Source: Chiloscyllium plagiosum (lineage: Eukaryota). From it: DNA of 64,000 bases. The stretch covers positions 49,315,239-49,379,238 of the forward strand of contig NC_057718.1 in assembly GCF_004010195.1 (NCBI RefSeq), read 5' to 3'. A model generated the notes under the pieces. It ran no database searches. It was not told where the DNA came from and saw nothing but the letters and a program-made list of their open reading frames with translations. The position numbers were made by a program, and so were the translations under genes. Shown here in pieces: positions 38,138-52,701 of the stretch (the first letter of the stretch is position 1; each line of letters opens with the position of its first letter).

Positions 38138-39770
38138 TGGAACATAGAGCAGTATAGCACACTAAAGACCCTTCAGCCCTCGATGTTGTACCGACCTTCT
38201 ATCCTACTCTAAGATCAAACTAACCCACATACCCTTCATTTTACTATCATCCATGTGCCTACCCAAGAGTCACTTAAATGTCCCTAATGTATCTGAGTCT
38301 ACGACCACTGCTGGTAATGCATTCCATGCATCCACCATTCTCTGTGAAAAGAACCTACCTCTGACATCTCCCTTAAACCTTCCTCCAATCACCTTAACAT
38401 TATGTCCCTTGTGATAGCCATTTCTGTCCTGGGCAAAGCTCTCCAGCTATCCACTCTATCTATGCATCTCATCATCTTGTACACCTCTAACAAGTCACTT
38501 CTCATCCTTCTTTGCTCCAATGAGAAAAGCCCTAGCTCCCTGAATCTTTCTTCATAAGACATGCGGTTCAGTCCAGGCAACATCCTGGTAAATCTCCTCG
38601 GCATGCTCTCTAAAGCTTTCATATCCTTCCTATTATGAGGCCATCAGAACTGAGCACAATATTCCAAGTGTGGTCTAACCAGGGCTCTAGAGAGCTGCAG
38701 CATAACCTCACATCTCTTAAACTCGATACCCCGCTAATGAAAACCAATACACCATACGCTTTCTTAACAACCCCACCAACGTGGGTGGAAACTTTGAGGG
38801 ATCTATGGACATAGACCCAAGATCCCTCTGTTCTTCTACACTGCCAAGAGTCCTGCCTTTAACCCTGTATTCTATATTCAAAGTCACCTTCCAAAATGAA
38901 TCACTTCACACTTTTCCAGGTTGAATTCCATCTTCCACTTATCAGCCCAGTTCTATATCCTGTCAATGTCCTACAACAGCCCTCCACACTATCCACCACT
39001 CTACCAACCTTCTTGTGATCAGCAAACATATTAATCCATCCTTTCACTTCTTTATCCAAATCATTTATTAAATTACAAAGAACAGAGGTCCCAGAATAGA
39101 TCCCTGCAGAACACCACGGGTCACCGAGCTCCAGGCTAAATGCTTTTCATCTGCCATCACCCTCTGTCTTCTATGGGCCAGCCAATTCTATATCCAGACA
39201 GCCAAATTTCCCTTATCACATGCCTGCTTACATTCTGAATGAGCCTACCATTGGGAACCTTATCAAGTGCTTTGCTAAAATCCATATACACCACATCTAC
39301 TGCTCTATCTTCATCAGTGTGTTTTGTCACATCCTCAAAGAATTCAATAAGGCTTGTGAGACATGACCTGTCCCTCACAAAACCATGCTGACTATCTCTA
39401 ATCAAACTATGGTTTTCCAAGTAATCATAAATTCAGTCTTTCAGGATCTCTCCAATATTTTGCCCACCACTGATGTAAGACTGACTGATCTGTAATTCCA
39501 GGATTATTCCAATTCCCTTTCTTAAACAAGGGAATAACATTTGCCACCCTCCAACCATCTGGCACTACTCCAGTGGATAATGAGGATACAAAGATCATCA
39601 CCAAAGGTGCAGCAATCTCTTCCCTCACTTGCTGTAGAAACTTTGGGTATATCCCATCTGGCCCAGGGGACATAGCTATCCTTATGTTTTTCAAAATTTC
39701 CAGCACATCTTCCTTCTTAACAGTAACCTGTTCGAGCATATCAGCCTGTTTCACACTGTCCTCACAAAGC
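38138..39770 (-). mobile_element. 5'-truncated CR1 LINE
   Basis: ORFs 39425-39754, 39157-39420, 38389-38622; same subfamily as 50702-52701. Confidence 0.95.
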
Positions 39771-40779
39771 TTTTGAGCAACTTGGATCTTCTGACAAGTT
39801 CCAAATGTTAGTTACTTGAGCTGCTTCAATTTATCCATGACAGGCAATCTCTCGTGAGGTGTTCCTTATCCTCCTTGTTGTCCTCTCAAGGTCAGTCAAG
39901 TGATGGATAGGAAGTGAGGATAATGTCTCTTTTTGACATTCCATTCCAGAAAAGACGTTACCAAATGTTTAAAAAAACAAAAAAAAGTATCCCACAAGGA
40001 CTAATGGAATTGCCTTTGAAGCGTTATTCTTTCTAATTTAAATTTGATAGATAACGATGTTTATCTTTGCCACCTATATACAGTTAAAATTTTTAAGTTT
40101 GCAGTTACTGGTTGCCTTCACATGTGAAATCATCAGTCTCTCAAAAATATATTGCATTTACTTCATATTTGCTGTCCTGCACTAAAATGGATCTGTATAA
40201 TTTTCTAACAGTAATGCCTCATTCCATATCGCAATAGATCTCTATGAATCTTAGAATAGCCCTGATTTTTCAAATCAATGATGCTTTCCATGGTGTTTGC
40301 TCCTTTTTATTCCCTGTGTTTAGCAGGTGTACCTGCCATTGTAGATGTGCCATGAGCCAGGCTTTCAAAGACAAGCTTTAGACTTCCAGCAACAATCTAT
40401 TCTGTTTTATTTTTTGTTTAAGTGATGGCAATTCCCAGTTCTGATAAACCAGGCATTACTGAATTGCTTGCTTCACTTGAGCAGTACGGATTGGCTGATA
40501 TTTCTAATATCAGTTTGGCAGCCTGGGATACACATCAGCTTAGAAATTCAGGTTGATGAGTTTGACAATCAGGGATATAGCTCATGCTGTTTCACTGGAA
40601 TTCAACAGCAACCATCAGTACAACTCTCATAGTGCCCCTAGGGAAGTGACTGTTGCATCATGAAAGTAATGTTATTGAATCTCCCTCTGGCTTCCATCCT
40701 AATACAGAATTTTCCACTTGTTATTCATGCCCCCTCCTACTTGCACTGGCTCAAAAATTCTTCCTTATTTTTTCTCTTC

Positions 40780-40905
40780 AGTTCTGGTGAAAGGTCATTG
40801 ATCTAAAACTATGTTTGCCTTTAGAGAGGAAAGCCTGACCTGCTGTCTTTTCCAGCTTTTTTTGTTCTTATTTCAGATTTCCAACATCCACAGTATTTTT
40901 CTTTT
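40780..40905 (+). mobile_element. Decayed PLE 3'-terminal derivative
   Basis: ttCTGGTGAaaggtca...cctgacctgctg...tttcagatttccaacatc. Confidence 0.55.
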
Positions 40906-42516
40906 GCATTAGAGCAGGTGGGTAGATTCTCTTTCGGGTATTCTATTGTTCCATTTCTTTTCTTCCTCTAAATCAACCAAAACTGCTGATGGGGTCATTC
41001 ACTCACAGCAGAAATTCACTTCTCTGTCATGTACTTTGTGCCTGAAGATTCAACAGAAGCAACATTCAAGGCCCACCTGCCGAAAACAAGTGGAACACAG
41101 TTTAACTATCCAAATCAGAGTCTATGTCATTTGTAAGAAAGCAGGAGTTGTAAAAATATGTGAAACATAATTTATTTGGGGCATGGAAGCAGGCTTATTC
41201 GATTTTGCATTCCTCCTAAATGTTGGAGATGGCCATAATTTATTGTGCATTCCCAACTGCCCTGTAAAAAGTACCCTTCCAAACTTCTACAGTCCTTGGT
41301 TGTGTATGGACACCCTCAGTGATGTTATAAAGGGGGTTCCAGGATTACTCCAGGAATAATCTGAGTGGCTAACATCCTGAATTGTTGAATGGTACAAGTG
41401 CATTACTCCAACTATGTACTTGTGCTGTCTAGCTAGTTCCCTGAGGTTTCTTGTTATCAAACTGTTCAGAGTCAGTAAAGGTGGAGTAGGCTGGAACCTA
41501 ATGGTTTGCTGCTTGCCTTTGATGTTGGTTTAGGCTTCACTGCGCCAGCACAATCAGACAGTCACTGCTGACACACTGGGTTTCAAGCAGTAGTCAAAAT
41601 TCCACCCACAAACCTCTCAATCTCTAGGTGAAAGCCCAACAACACCAGGAGCCAAAATAATGCATCATACCCTACCAACAACTACATAGACAAAAATTAA
41701 TTCTTCATAGAAAAATGTCCCTGCATGAAAACAATTTAAAACAGAATACAAAACATCTGTGTTTTGACAATAATCTTGTGCTGTATCACTTTAAACTGAT
41801 TAACATTCCAAAGTAATTGATTTTTATGAGAAAAATATATACAAAGTGCATTTCCTATGTCCTAAGCAGGATACTGTTTTGTCTGAGATATGAAATGAAA
41901 CACCTGTCTCTTTTCATCAGAAATTTCCCTTGCCCATAATCTGCAGAATCTCTGCTCATATCGTCTAGTCATTAATGTCCTATCTGTTTATAGTGTTGTG
42001 ACATAATAAACCGGATTTCATAATATGTTTATTGAGTGCAATCTCGGTAAATATCTAAACTGTAAACAAATATACAACTTTAAAAGAAAGGATAAAACTT
42101 ACACTATTAAATTGCTCACTACACATACTGGTCTGAGCACACTTAATAAAACTTGTATTTTATTCAATTGTGAAAAATATGGTTTGCCAATTTCATGCCA
42201 GTGTGATGTTATATAAATAAGCCTGATGTCTCAATGATTGGCTAATCAAATCAAACAAAATGCTTCTCTTATGTTTATAATAGGCTGAATACAAACTGTA
42301 TTTAATCAGCCAATGTTTGCAAAACTAAAAGCAAACTTTCTGTTGATCGATGTATTACTGTAGCTGGGCATTGCTTTCCTGAACAATTCTGACTGTTCTA
42401 AAATTAGCAATACTGATATTAAGCTTTAGTAATAACTTAAGGCAATCCGTCAAGTACATAACGTGTCTTATGTTTGCCTGCTAGAAGAGACATACATTCA
42501 TATGCAGGGATTTGTC

Positions 42517-42600
42517 GTGATGAAATAGCGGCGCTCCGAAAGCTAGTGTGCTTCCAATTAAACCTGTTGGACTACAACCTGGTGTTGTGTAATTTTTAAT
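42517..42600 (+). mobile_element. Short PLE derivative (second family) starting within the HHR core
   Basis: TGATGAaatagcggcgctccGAAAGCTAgtg...acaacctggtgttgtg. Confidence 0.75.
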
Positions 42601-42606
42601 ATGGTT

Positions 42607-43308
42607 TAGATGGATTGTTAGGGATGGATGAGGGAACCGGGGGCATTCTAGCGAAGTTTGCCGATGATACAAAGTTAGGTGGACAGGCAGGTAGTACTGA
42701 GGAAGTGGGGAGGCTACAGAAGGATCTAGACAGGTTGGGAGAGTGGTCCAGGAAATGGCTGATGGAATTTTGGTCCCCTTACCTCAGGAAGGACATACTG
42801 GCACTGGAATGTGTCCAGCGGAGATTCACACGGATGATCCCTGGCATGACAGGTCTAACATATGAGGAACGGCTGAGGATATTGGGATTGTATTCGTTGG
42901 AGTTTAGAAGATTAAGGGGAGACTTAATAGAGATGTACAAAATAATACATGGCTTGGAAAAGGTGGATGCTAGGAAATTGTTTCCGTTCGACGAGGAGAC
43001 TAGGACCCGTGGACATAGCCTTAGAATTAGAGGGGGTCATTTCAGAACAGGAATGCGGAGACATTTCTTCAGCCAGAGTGTGGTGGGCCTGTGGAATTCA
43101 TTGCCACGGAGTGCAGTGGAAGCCGGGACGCTAAATGTCTTCAAGGCCAAGATTGATAGATTCTCGTTGTCTAGAGGAATTAAGGGCTACGGGGAGAACG
43201 CTGGTAAGTGGAGCTGAAATGCGCATCAGCCATGATTGAATGGCGGAGTGGACTCGATGGGCCGAATGGCCTTACTTCCACTCCTATGTCTTATGGTCTT
43301 ATGGTCTT
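42607..43308 (+). mobile_element. Young CR1 3' fragment with an in-frame internal deletion
   Basis: ORF 42615-43217 (FADDTK...LMEF|WSPY); (cttatggt)n tail; CpGs retained. Confidence 0.95.
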
Positions 43309-43619
43309 AAATTAATAAACTACTGATGTGGAAGGCACTGTTCAAATGTTTGGTGTTTGCAGAGCTTCTTAAGGCAAGGAAACAAGCATAAAGGAAAATG
43401 TTATAGGAAAGGTGATCTAGAAAGAAAAAGGTAATGCGAGAATTATTTGCCTCAAGATATAAAGTAGAAGAAGTAGAAACAATAAAATGCCTGGATGTAT
43501 ACTGGAGGATATTATTCAGCTAGTGTTAGTAAGAGCAAAGAAAATTTTGAAGTTGAGGAATCTGTTTAATGGAGCTCAAAAGAAACTTCCCAAAGATGAA
43601 TGTGTGAGAAAATATATGA

Positions 43620-44220
43620 ACCACAGAGTCGAAAGATCATGAATAGCTACAGATGAGGAAAGCCATTCACACCACCTTGGTTCATTTCTTTCACACAAAA
43701 CGATCCTAAAACTCTCTGACTACAATTATCAAATTATCTGTTAAATAATTCCAAGGCTTTCACAACAACTGCTCTAATAGGGAGATTATTCTTTGTTATT
43801 AAAAAGTTTTTGATATCTGTCTGAAATTGCCTTTTACAATTTTGAACATGTACCACTTTTCACTATCCGTGTGAAATAATTTAAATGAATTCCCCCATCT
43901 CACCATTTTTGGAGCATTTGTGGACTCTCAAGTGCTTCCTATCAAAGCAAGAGCTAAATCTTTCTATTCAATTATCCTAAATCAAACCATTATCAAAAAG
44001 GAAAATGTTGTAATATTTTTCTGTAGTATTTATGTGTGAACATTTTACCATGTCTCAGAAGACAGATCCTAAAGGCATAATTGACCAGAGCACTGTATAA
44101 TTTACTTGTGGCTTCTTCTGGCTGTATTCTACAGTTTTTCTGTGTGGCTCAATGCTCTGTTGAATTTGTTGTTTGCTGCTCTTTATATTGAGTGATTTAA
44201 GTTTGCTTCCTTAGATATCT
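43620..44220 (-). mobile_element. Very old CR1-like remnant
   Basis: Weak antisense resemblance to CR1 3' ends. Confidence 0.4.
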
Positions 44221-44949
44221 TAAGAAGCAGAAAGATAAATGATTAACGTTGTCATGGTTCATAATTAATTTTCAATATTAGTAAAACAAATCATAACTGT
44301 GTAAGACACTGCAGTGGAGACATGTGATTTCTGCCCTCAGTGCTCCTTCCATGAAAGCATTTCCTATCCTGACTACACTCTGCCACTTTCTCTCCTATTA
44401 GTTTTGTATCTGTCTCAGTGTGCAACTGAGCTCCACTTAAAACCACAATTCATGCTTGACTTTCTCACAGGTTGGAAATGATCACAGAATTTTCTCCTGC
44501 CATGTAAGATCATCTAATTTTGAATTCCTGAAAGGTGAAAGTTCAGCAGAACTGCATGATCATGAGATCATTAATATGCAAGATGGCATAACTTTAGGAC
44601 ATGATGAAACACACGTATTATAGCTTGACTCCTGCACTCTTCAGCTAAGCATTGCTTGAACTTTACTGGGCATGTAATTGAAGGGGAGGAAATGGACATA
44701 CAGACAAGATTTGTCTGCATAGTAGTTTAATTGCTTTTGAATTTTACAAGCCATGGAAAAGATGGAGGGAAGATTTCTTACTGTGTCATGGTGAGATCCT
44801 CTGTAGGACAATTAACCTGAATTTGAAAGCAATTGACGAGAATTGTTCCATCTAGTTTACATTTTATGAGTGGTATTTGAAGGTCACAGACTCCAACTGG
44901 TTAAAGGTTAATTAATGACAAAAGTTTGCCAACCAGCCATGGAAAATGG

Positions 44950-45660
44950 AAGATGAGTACACCATTCAGCCCCTGCTCTTCCATTTAATAAAATTATCTG
45001 GTTGTCATCTGAAACATGTATTCCTGTCTATGCCGAGTAACTTTTCAACTCCCCAACCCCTCTCTTTCTGAACAAGAATCTATTCACCCAGAAACGACCT
45101 TACAGAAGTTTATAAAATAATGAGGTGTATAGATAGAGTTAATGGTAGTTGTCTTTTCCCGAGGGTGGGGGGTTCAAGGCTAGGGGGCCACATTTTTAAG
45201 GTGAGAGGAGAGAGATTTATAAAAGGCATGAGGGTTTTTTTTACACCGAGCGTGATTCACATGTGGAATTAACTTCCTGAGGAGGTGGTGGATGTGGGTA
45301 CAATTGCAACATTTAAAAGACATTTGGATAAGTACATGAATAGGAAAGGTTTGAAGGGATGTGGGCCAAGTGCAGGCAACTGGGATTAATTTAGTTTGGG
45401 AGTATATTCAGCATTGGCCAGTTGGACCAATGGGTCTGTTTCCATGCTGTATAACTGTATGACCCTACAACTTTGCCTTAAAAATATTCAAAAGACTTTA
45501 TTTCCACCATATTTTCTGGAAGACATTTCCAAACACTCATGACCTGTTGCTTTCCTCACATCTGTTTTTAATAGGAACCGCTGACTTTAAAACAGTGGTC
45601 CCCCCCAGTTCTAGAATCATCTAGAAGAGGAAGCAGTCTTCTACATCTACCTGTTGCAAC
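44950..45660 (-). mobile_element. Old CR1 3' end containing a sense CR1 fragment at ~45095-45465
   Basis: Insert gaccttacagaagtttataaaat...ctgtatgacc; flanks colinear with 59005-59395. Confidence 0.7.
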
Positions 45661-46039
45661 CATCATGACTGATTTCTGATCCACTTGCAGGTTGCTTGTA
45701 AAGCAAACCCTTCTATTGCAGGCTGCACCAATAACTAGCTTTGAAAGACTGCTGCAAGCAGTTTGCACACTGGACTAGGCAGCCAGCCCACAGATTGAAC
45801 CAGGCTGCACCCCAGGCCTGCTCACTTTGTCTCTTAACTCTCATCTAGTTAGTATCTACCTGCCTGCTCTCACAGCAACCATGCTTTGTCTTGCTATGCC
45901 GCCTGTAAGTGCATTGACATTTCAGCCAGAGCTAATGACGATGAGTACTGATGTACTGACATGCTCCTTTCTGCAGACACGGACAGGTACATTTGCCAGC
46001 ACCAGGGTAGGGGGAAACAGGAAAGGTGGATTTGGATTA

Positions 46040-47340
46040 GATGGTAGCTTGGCATGAATAAGAGCATTGGCAGCAGAGCTACTAGGTGGAGGGTAGAATT
46101 TATGAGACTGATCAGGATTGTGTTGGAACAGTTAAGTCTAGAAATAAAGAGGGCATAAATGAGTGTTTCAGTCACTTCTGAGCATAATTGGGATGTACCA
46201 GGAAGGTGAAAATAGGATTTGTTTTGCTGGTTAAGAGCAATTCTTGAGGGATATATAATCTGAAGGTCAACATGAGCTCAAATATAACACCAAGGTTATG
46301 AACAACTTGTTTCAGCCTCAGGTGGTTACTGGGGGTTGGGGGCAGAGCGGACAATGGATATGGTGGATTAGGGATGTCGATCCTTGCAGGGACCAAAAGA
46401 AAATCAGCCCAGTCTTCCCAAAACTGGAGAAAATGTTTGCTCGTTTAGCATTTGATGTCTGATCAGCAGTCTGACAATTTAGAGACAGCGCAGAGATCTC
46501 TGGTGTGAGCTTAAGGTTAATGTCATCAGGGAATGTCATATAGAATCTGAAAGCCATGGTTTTCAGGTGAAGAAATTGATGGGAAGCATCTGATGAAAAA
46601 TAGGAGACCTAAGATAGATCTTTGGTGATAGCAGAGATAATGATGGCATAGGTAGAGAAGCCATGACAGGTGTTAGTTATAAGAATAGGTGTTAGTATAT
46701 AAGAATGGAATGAGATGAATGGTGGAAAGACTTTACAGGAAGATGGTATGTTCATCCTCACCAAAGACCTTGTATTTTGATAAGGATCAGGAGACATTAT
46801 TCACCTTTTTCTCATCACAAGGAATATTATAATTTGTGACTTCGATGAGAATCAGTTCAATACTATGCAACAGGAATGGAATTTTGATGATTAGGATTCA
46901 TATGGGAAGTTCTGGAAAAGTCAGCTATAGATTCAGAATGTGACAATAATGGTTGCAGAACAGGATCCATAGGTAAATGGTAAAACCAATTATTCCTCAT
47001 ATCTAATTCCGTGATCTTTGGATTTAAAAGTGCAGTAAAGAGGACTGTACCTGAAGGAATAACCAAAATGAATTGAGTAATGTTTTCATTGAGATTAAGA
47101 TGATCAAATAATTGAGGTGAAACTATTGTTGAACAGATCAGTCATTGTGGAACTATTGTGTTGAAGAGAAAGCCAAAGACTAAAATATTGGGATTTTGGG
47201 ATTGCCAATGTAATTTAATTCAGGGAATAATTTTTGTAGTTTTTTTCCAGGAATGGACATGGATAGAAATAGGGTTTAGAAGTGGATGGAGGAAATGAGT
47301 GGGATGCAATACAAGGAAGTGACCAGACATGGGTCTATGT
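46040..47340 (-). mobile_element. Decayed L2-type LINE
   Basis: VHNLGVIFELMLTF and LIYALFISRLNCSN remnants. Confidence 0.7.
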
Positions 47341-48999
47341 GTAATTGATTCTGTAGGAATTCTCACTTGTAATTAAACAGCTATAGAGCTTTCCTTTCTG
47401 ATGCGCATTGGAATTAATTCTCTGAAAGCATATGGCTATTTGCTGACATCTAAGGCAGACTGTCTTACAAACTCCTTGCTTAATATTTCCTCATTACCTT
47501 CATTTGGCAAACAGTGATATGAGGGACTGCCATTAAACACTTTCTTTGCATTCTTCCTCAATATGCAAAAATATCTACATCCCTCATATCAAGAATCTAG
47601 TTTATGACTGTCTTATTTTGTATTTTCATGATGATGCCATTCACTTTAAAATTCATCTTAACAATGACAGTTCAAAGTGAATCTCTCCTCAGTCTCGTGC
47701 AAATGAAACAAGGAAGGTTCAGATTTGAAATGAGACAAGTGGAATATGAATGTTGAAAACACCACTAATGTCATCTTGTTTGTTAGCAATTACTCAAGTA
47801 ATTATTTGATTCAGAAATAATAATTTATTCATAGACAGCTGATTAAAAGTACCAGGAACTAAAAGGAGTGCTACAAATTTCCATTGTTGAAAGGCAGTTT
47901 CTGTTGGTCAAGCACAAAGCAACAGAGCAGATAATTTCAAGTCTGGAACTTTCTTCCAGTGAAGTAGGAAGTGTTGTTTGGAAGATATTACCTATGTTTT
48001 AGTAAAAAAAACCTTATAGATTAAAATGTAATAAAATGAAAATCTTGAGTAACATTTTCAATCCCGGCAAAAGCATGCTAAAAATACACACAATAAAATC
48101 CTAATCTCTGTCAGAAGGAAAAAGAACACTGAATAAATATGAATAGCATATGATTATAATGTTCAAATAATCATCAGACACTTACTAAATATTAATTGAA
48201 TTCAAGGTCACATTCCACCCTTAGACAAGTTTGCATCTGCTTTTTGCCAAATAATATATGCAGTACATGTTGTGCCCTGGAACCCGCAAGGAAATAAAAA
48301 GTGTTAACATTTCAATTCAAATCATATTGTACATATGTTACTAGTTACAACTGCATTTCAGTAGAAATAGTCCAAGGAAATCAAGCATGCCTACTGTGAA
48401 ACAGAACTGCATGTTAATATTGACTAATAAAACATTGATTATTAAGTAGAATACCACATATGGAATAATAAGTATGTTTCCCCTCTTTCTGACTCAGCTC
48501 CTCATTTTCCAGGAGCCAGCATAGAGATGACAGTAGCAGCACTCAATAAAGTATACAGACCTCTCATTATCTGGTTTCCTTCCTCTGGTTCATCCCAGAC
48601 AATCAAGCGCTAATGGTGCCGTACCAAGGTAAGCGCTTTTTGTTTTAGCCTTCAGATTCTTCTCTGGAATTTCTCACTATTGGTATTTAATTTGTCTGAA
48701 AACACTCATCAAGGTACCTTATGAGGTATTTACTTTGAAGGTGCTTTGTAAATGCTTATTGTAGTTTTTAGAAGCCTACAGGACATATGCAATAAGACCT
48801 AAGTAGGGAATTGGACCAAGGATAGGCTGTATGGATATAGGAAGTGCAGATAAATATTGGAGCTCTAACCTAAAGTAGAAGATTCATAACCTCCCCCTCC
48901 ACCACCCCGCCACAATTCTAAGTTTTGCTCGGCTATATGAGAATTGGGCCACCAGGATCAATGTTGATCCTGTTGAGACTCAATGATCACATATATATA

Positions 49000-49173
49000 C
49001 AGAGGAACCTCGATTATCCGAAGGACACAGCCAGGGAGTATTTCAATCGGTTAATTGAATTCCAGATAATCGAATGCTGGATAACATGGTTTACCCAAAT
49101 ATCGGGATCTTGCGATCTTGCCAGATAATTTGCTATTCAGATAATTGAATGCCGGATAATCGAGGTTCCTCTG
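49000..49173. mobile_element. Tigger/pogo-type MITE
   Basis: Perfect 21-bp TIR cagaggaacctcgattatccg; TA on both sides; internal gataatYgaat repeats. Confidence 0.93.
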
Positions 49174-50701
49174 TATACATGTTTCAATGGGGAAAATTAA
49201 ATACCAATAATGTCGCATTGTCCAATTATTCTCTTTCCAAAAGCAGGCCTCTGAGCCAAAACATAGTAGCATTGATGGATCCCAGAAAGATCAGCACAAC
49301 TTGGGACCAGTAATTGCAGCATTTAATTAAAAATAGATTTACTGCTAGAAACAATTTCAATCAGCTGCTTAACGCGGCAACTCACTCTTGTGATGACATA
49401 ATTTCCTTGATTTATGTTATCTGAAGCAATTGAAATTTTACATATGTGAATGTAGACAAATGCTGGAGGATGAATAGTGTACCACTACTGTCAGCCATTG
49501 AATACAGCCTGTGCGTGAATACAAAGGGAATCCTTCTCCTAATTATAACTACTCTAGCTTGTTTGAAATGTCACCTTGCAGACAATTTTAGGAATTCCAG
49601 GAGTAATTTAAAAGTAAATCAGAATATAATTTAGAATATAACAATAATTATCTAACCATTAATCACATCACATCTGAATCTTACAGGAACTGGACAAGGC
49701 ATTTGATCAAATTTCCATTTTCTCCATCCTTGAGCTGAGGAGATATTGTTTCATGCTCTGTGATTATTGCACTGATTTAAACTTAAGCAGCAAATTACAA
49801 TAAAATTGCATTTGAAAAGATCACCAACATATAAGTACCAAATTGTATAATTTTTCTTTCATATTTACCTCTATTTATTACTGTCAATTCAATAATTTCT
49901 TCCAGTGGTCATCTTTTTTATTTATTCAGCAAGGCAGTTCACATGCCAATTCAGTTTGCTAGTTTACCACTTGTGTCTTAGTATTTGTTTGTAATCATTT
50001 TTACTCCTTCTATTCAGGTCATGAAAAATTACCAGTAGCATTTTTACCTTAAAATGATAATCACCATTTACCGCCATATAATTTTCAAGGAAAACTGCTC
50101 AGTTAACCTTTTTGCAAGGAGAAGATCTAAGGAGCAGAAAGGGTGTATTTATTTTAGTGAGAATAATTTTGGAGCTCGTGACACATTTATGCTATTTTAT
50201 GCTATATTGTACATCATGGCAATTGTAAAAAGTGTTTGTCAAACATGTTTGACACAGGTAGTGTATGTTTGAAAACTATTTATGTAGATTTAGGCTTATG
50301 GCCCTTTCTTAATATGTAAAGAACAACTTTCTCTTTTTCCTTTAGTTTCAATTTTTCACCATACATGTACCATTTACATTTAACTAGTCATACTTGCTTA
50401 AATCCTGAGAAATATTAAACTTGTTACCAGAGGATTTGAAAATCTCTCCAGTGCTGACTCCCCCATAGTTTATTGGATAATTAGGAGGACATTTCGATGT
50501 CTTTCCAGAGGCAGATGCAGACATCATTGCTTCCACATTTCCAGTGCCTGCCTACACCATGCAGCCAGACACGCAGTATACACATCTTTCCAGCATTGCA
50601 ATAGTTGTCCGGGCTTACTTTCTGTCCATTACAAGGTGATCAGTATTATGTTTATACCTTGGATACATGGAGAGATGATAACAGTTTCTTGTGTTTAAAC
50701 A

Positions 50702-52701
50702 TGTGAAGCAACCTTAGATGTCAAGAGATGTGGAACATCTAGTCAAGGGGAAGGAGGAAGCTTACTTATGGTTGAGGAGGCAAGGATCAAACAGGGTTCT
50801 AGAGGGTTACAAGGTAGATAGAAGTAACTGAAGAATGGACTTAGAAGAGCTAGAAGTGAGCATGAAAAAGACTTGGATGGTACGATTAATGAAAACCCCA
50901 AGGTGTTCTACACTTATGTGAGGAACAAGAGGATGGCCAGAGTGAGGGTAAAGCCGCACAGGGATAGCGGAGGGAACTTGTGCCTGGAGTTGGAGGAGGT
51001 AGGGGACGTCCTTAATTAATACTTTGCTTCAGTATTCACTAGTGAGAAGGACCTTGTTGTTTGTGAGGACAGCGGGAAAGAGGTTGATATGCTCAAACAG
51101 GTTGCTGGTACGGAGGAGGATGTGGTGGAAATTTTAAAGAACATAAAAATATTTATATCCTCTGGGTATGAAGGGATATGCCCAAGTTTACTACGGGAAG
51201 CTAGAGAAGAGATTGCTGTGCCTTTGGTGATAATCTTTGCATCCTGACCATCCACTGGAGTAGTGCCAGATGATTGGAGTGTGGCAAATGTTATCCCCTT
51301 GTTTAAGAAAGGGAATAGGGCCAACCTTGGGAATTACAGACCAGTCAGTCTTACATCGGTGGTGGGCAAATTATTGGAGAGGATTTTGAGAGATGGATTT
51401 ATGATTAGTTGAAAAAGCATAGCTTGGTTAGAGACAGTCAGCATGGCTTTGTGAGGGACAGGCCATGCCTCACAATCCTTATTGAATTCTTTGAGGACGT
51501 GACAAAACATATTGATGAAGGTAGAGCAGTGGATGTGGTATAAATGGATTTTAGCAAAGCGTTTGAAAAGGTTCCCCATGCTAGGCACATTCAGAATGGA
51601 GGCAGTGAAATTTGGCTGTCTGGATCAGAATTGGTTGGTTCATAGAAGGCAGAGAGTGGTGGTAAATGGAAAGTATTCAGTCTGTAAATCAGTGAACAAT
51701 GATGTTCTGCAGGGATCTATTCTGGAACCTCTGTTCTTTGTGATTTTTTATAAATGATATGGATGAGGAACTGGAAGGGTGGGTTAGCAAATTTGCCAAT
51801 GACATGAAGGTTGGTGGAGTTGTGGATGGTGTGGAAGGCTGCTGTAGGTTGCATCAGGACATTGACAGGATGCAAAGCTGGGCTGAGAAGTGGCAGATGG
51901 AGTTCAACTTGGAGAAGTGTGAAGTGATATGTTTTTGGAAGGTCAAATTTGAATACAGAATACAGGGTTAAAGGCAGGATTCTTGGCAGTGTGGGGGAAC
52001 AGAGGGATCTAAGCATCCACGTTCCTAGATCCCTCAAAGCTTCCACCCAAGTTGATAGGGTTGTTAAGAAGGTGCATGGTGTGTTGGCTTTCATTAGCAG
52101 GGGAATTGAGTTTAAAAGCTGCGAGGTTATGCTGCAGCTTTTTAAAGCCCTTGTTAGACCACACTTGGAATATTGTGTCAAGTTCTGGTGGCCTCATTAT
52201 AGGAAAGATGTGGAACCTTTAGAGAGCTTGCAGAGGAGATTTATCAGGATACTGCCTGGACTGGAGGGCATATCTTACGAAGAAAGATTGAGGGAGCTAA
52301 GGCTTTTTTCAATGGAAGAAGGATGAGAGGTGACTTGATAGAGGTGTACAAGATGATGAGAGGTGTGGATAGAGTGGATAGTTGGAGAGTTTTTTCTCAG
52401 GACAGAAATGGCTATCATGAGGGGGCATAATTTTAAGGTGATTGGAAAAAGGTTTTGTGGAAATGTCAGAGGTAGGTTCTTTACACAGAGTGTGGTGGGC
52501 GTGTGGAATGCACTGCCAGCAATGGTAGTAGAGTCAGATACATTAAGGACGTTTAAGTGACACATATATAGGCACATGAATGATAGTAAACCGAAGGGTA
52601 TGTACGTTAGTTTGATCTTAGAGTAGGATAAAAGGTCCGCACAACATTGAGGGCAGAAGGGCCTGTCCTGTGCTGTACTGTTCCATGATCTATGTCCTAT
52701 G
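50702..52701 (+). mobile_element. 5'-truncated CR1 LINE
   Basis: ORFs 51759-51971, 51949-52326, 52363-52560; tail; flanked by aaca. Confidence 0.95.

Noticed and set aside
27558..40551. Plus-strand candidate exons (~27558-27692, ~28031-28082, ~40423-40551)
   Set aside because: Open frames, but at least one weak splice site each and no recognisable product.
38138..52701. Inverted same-subfamily CR1 pair as ends of a large element
   Set aside because: Independent 5'-truncated copies of an abundant family with different truncation points.
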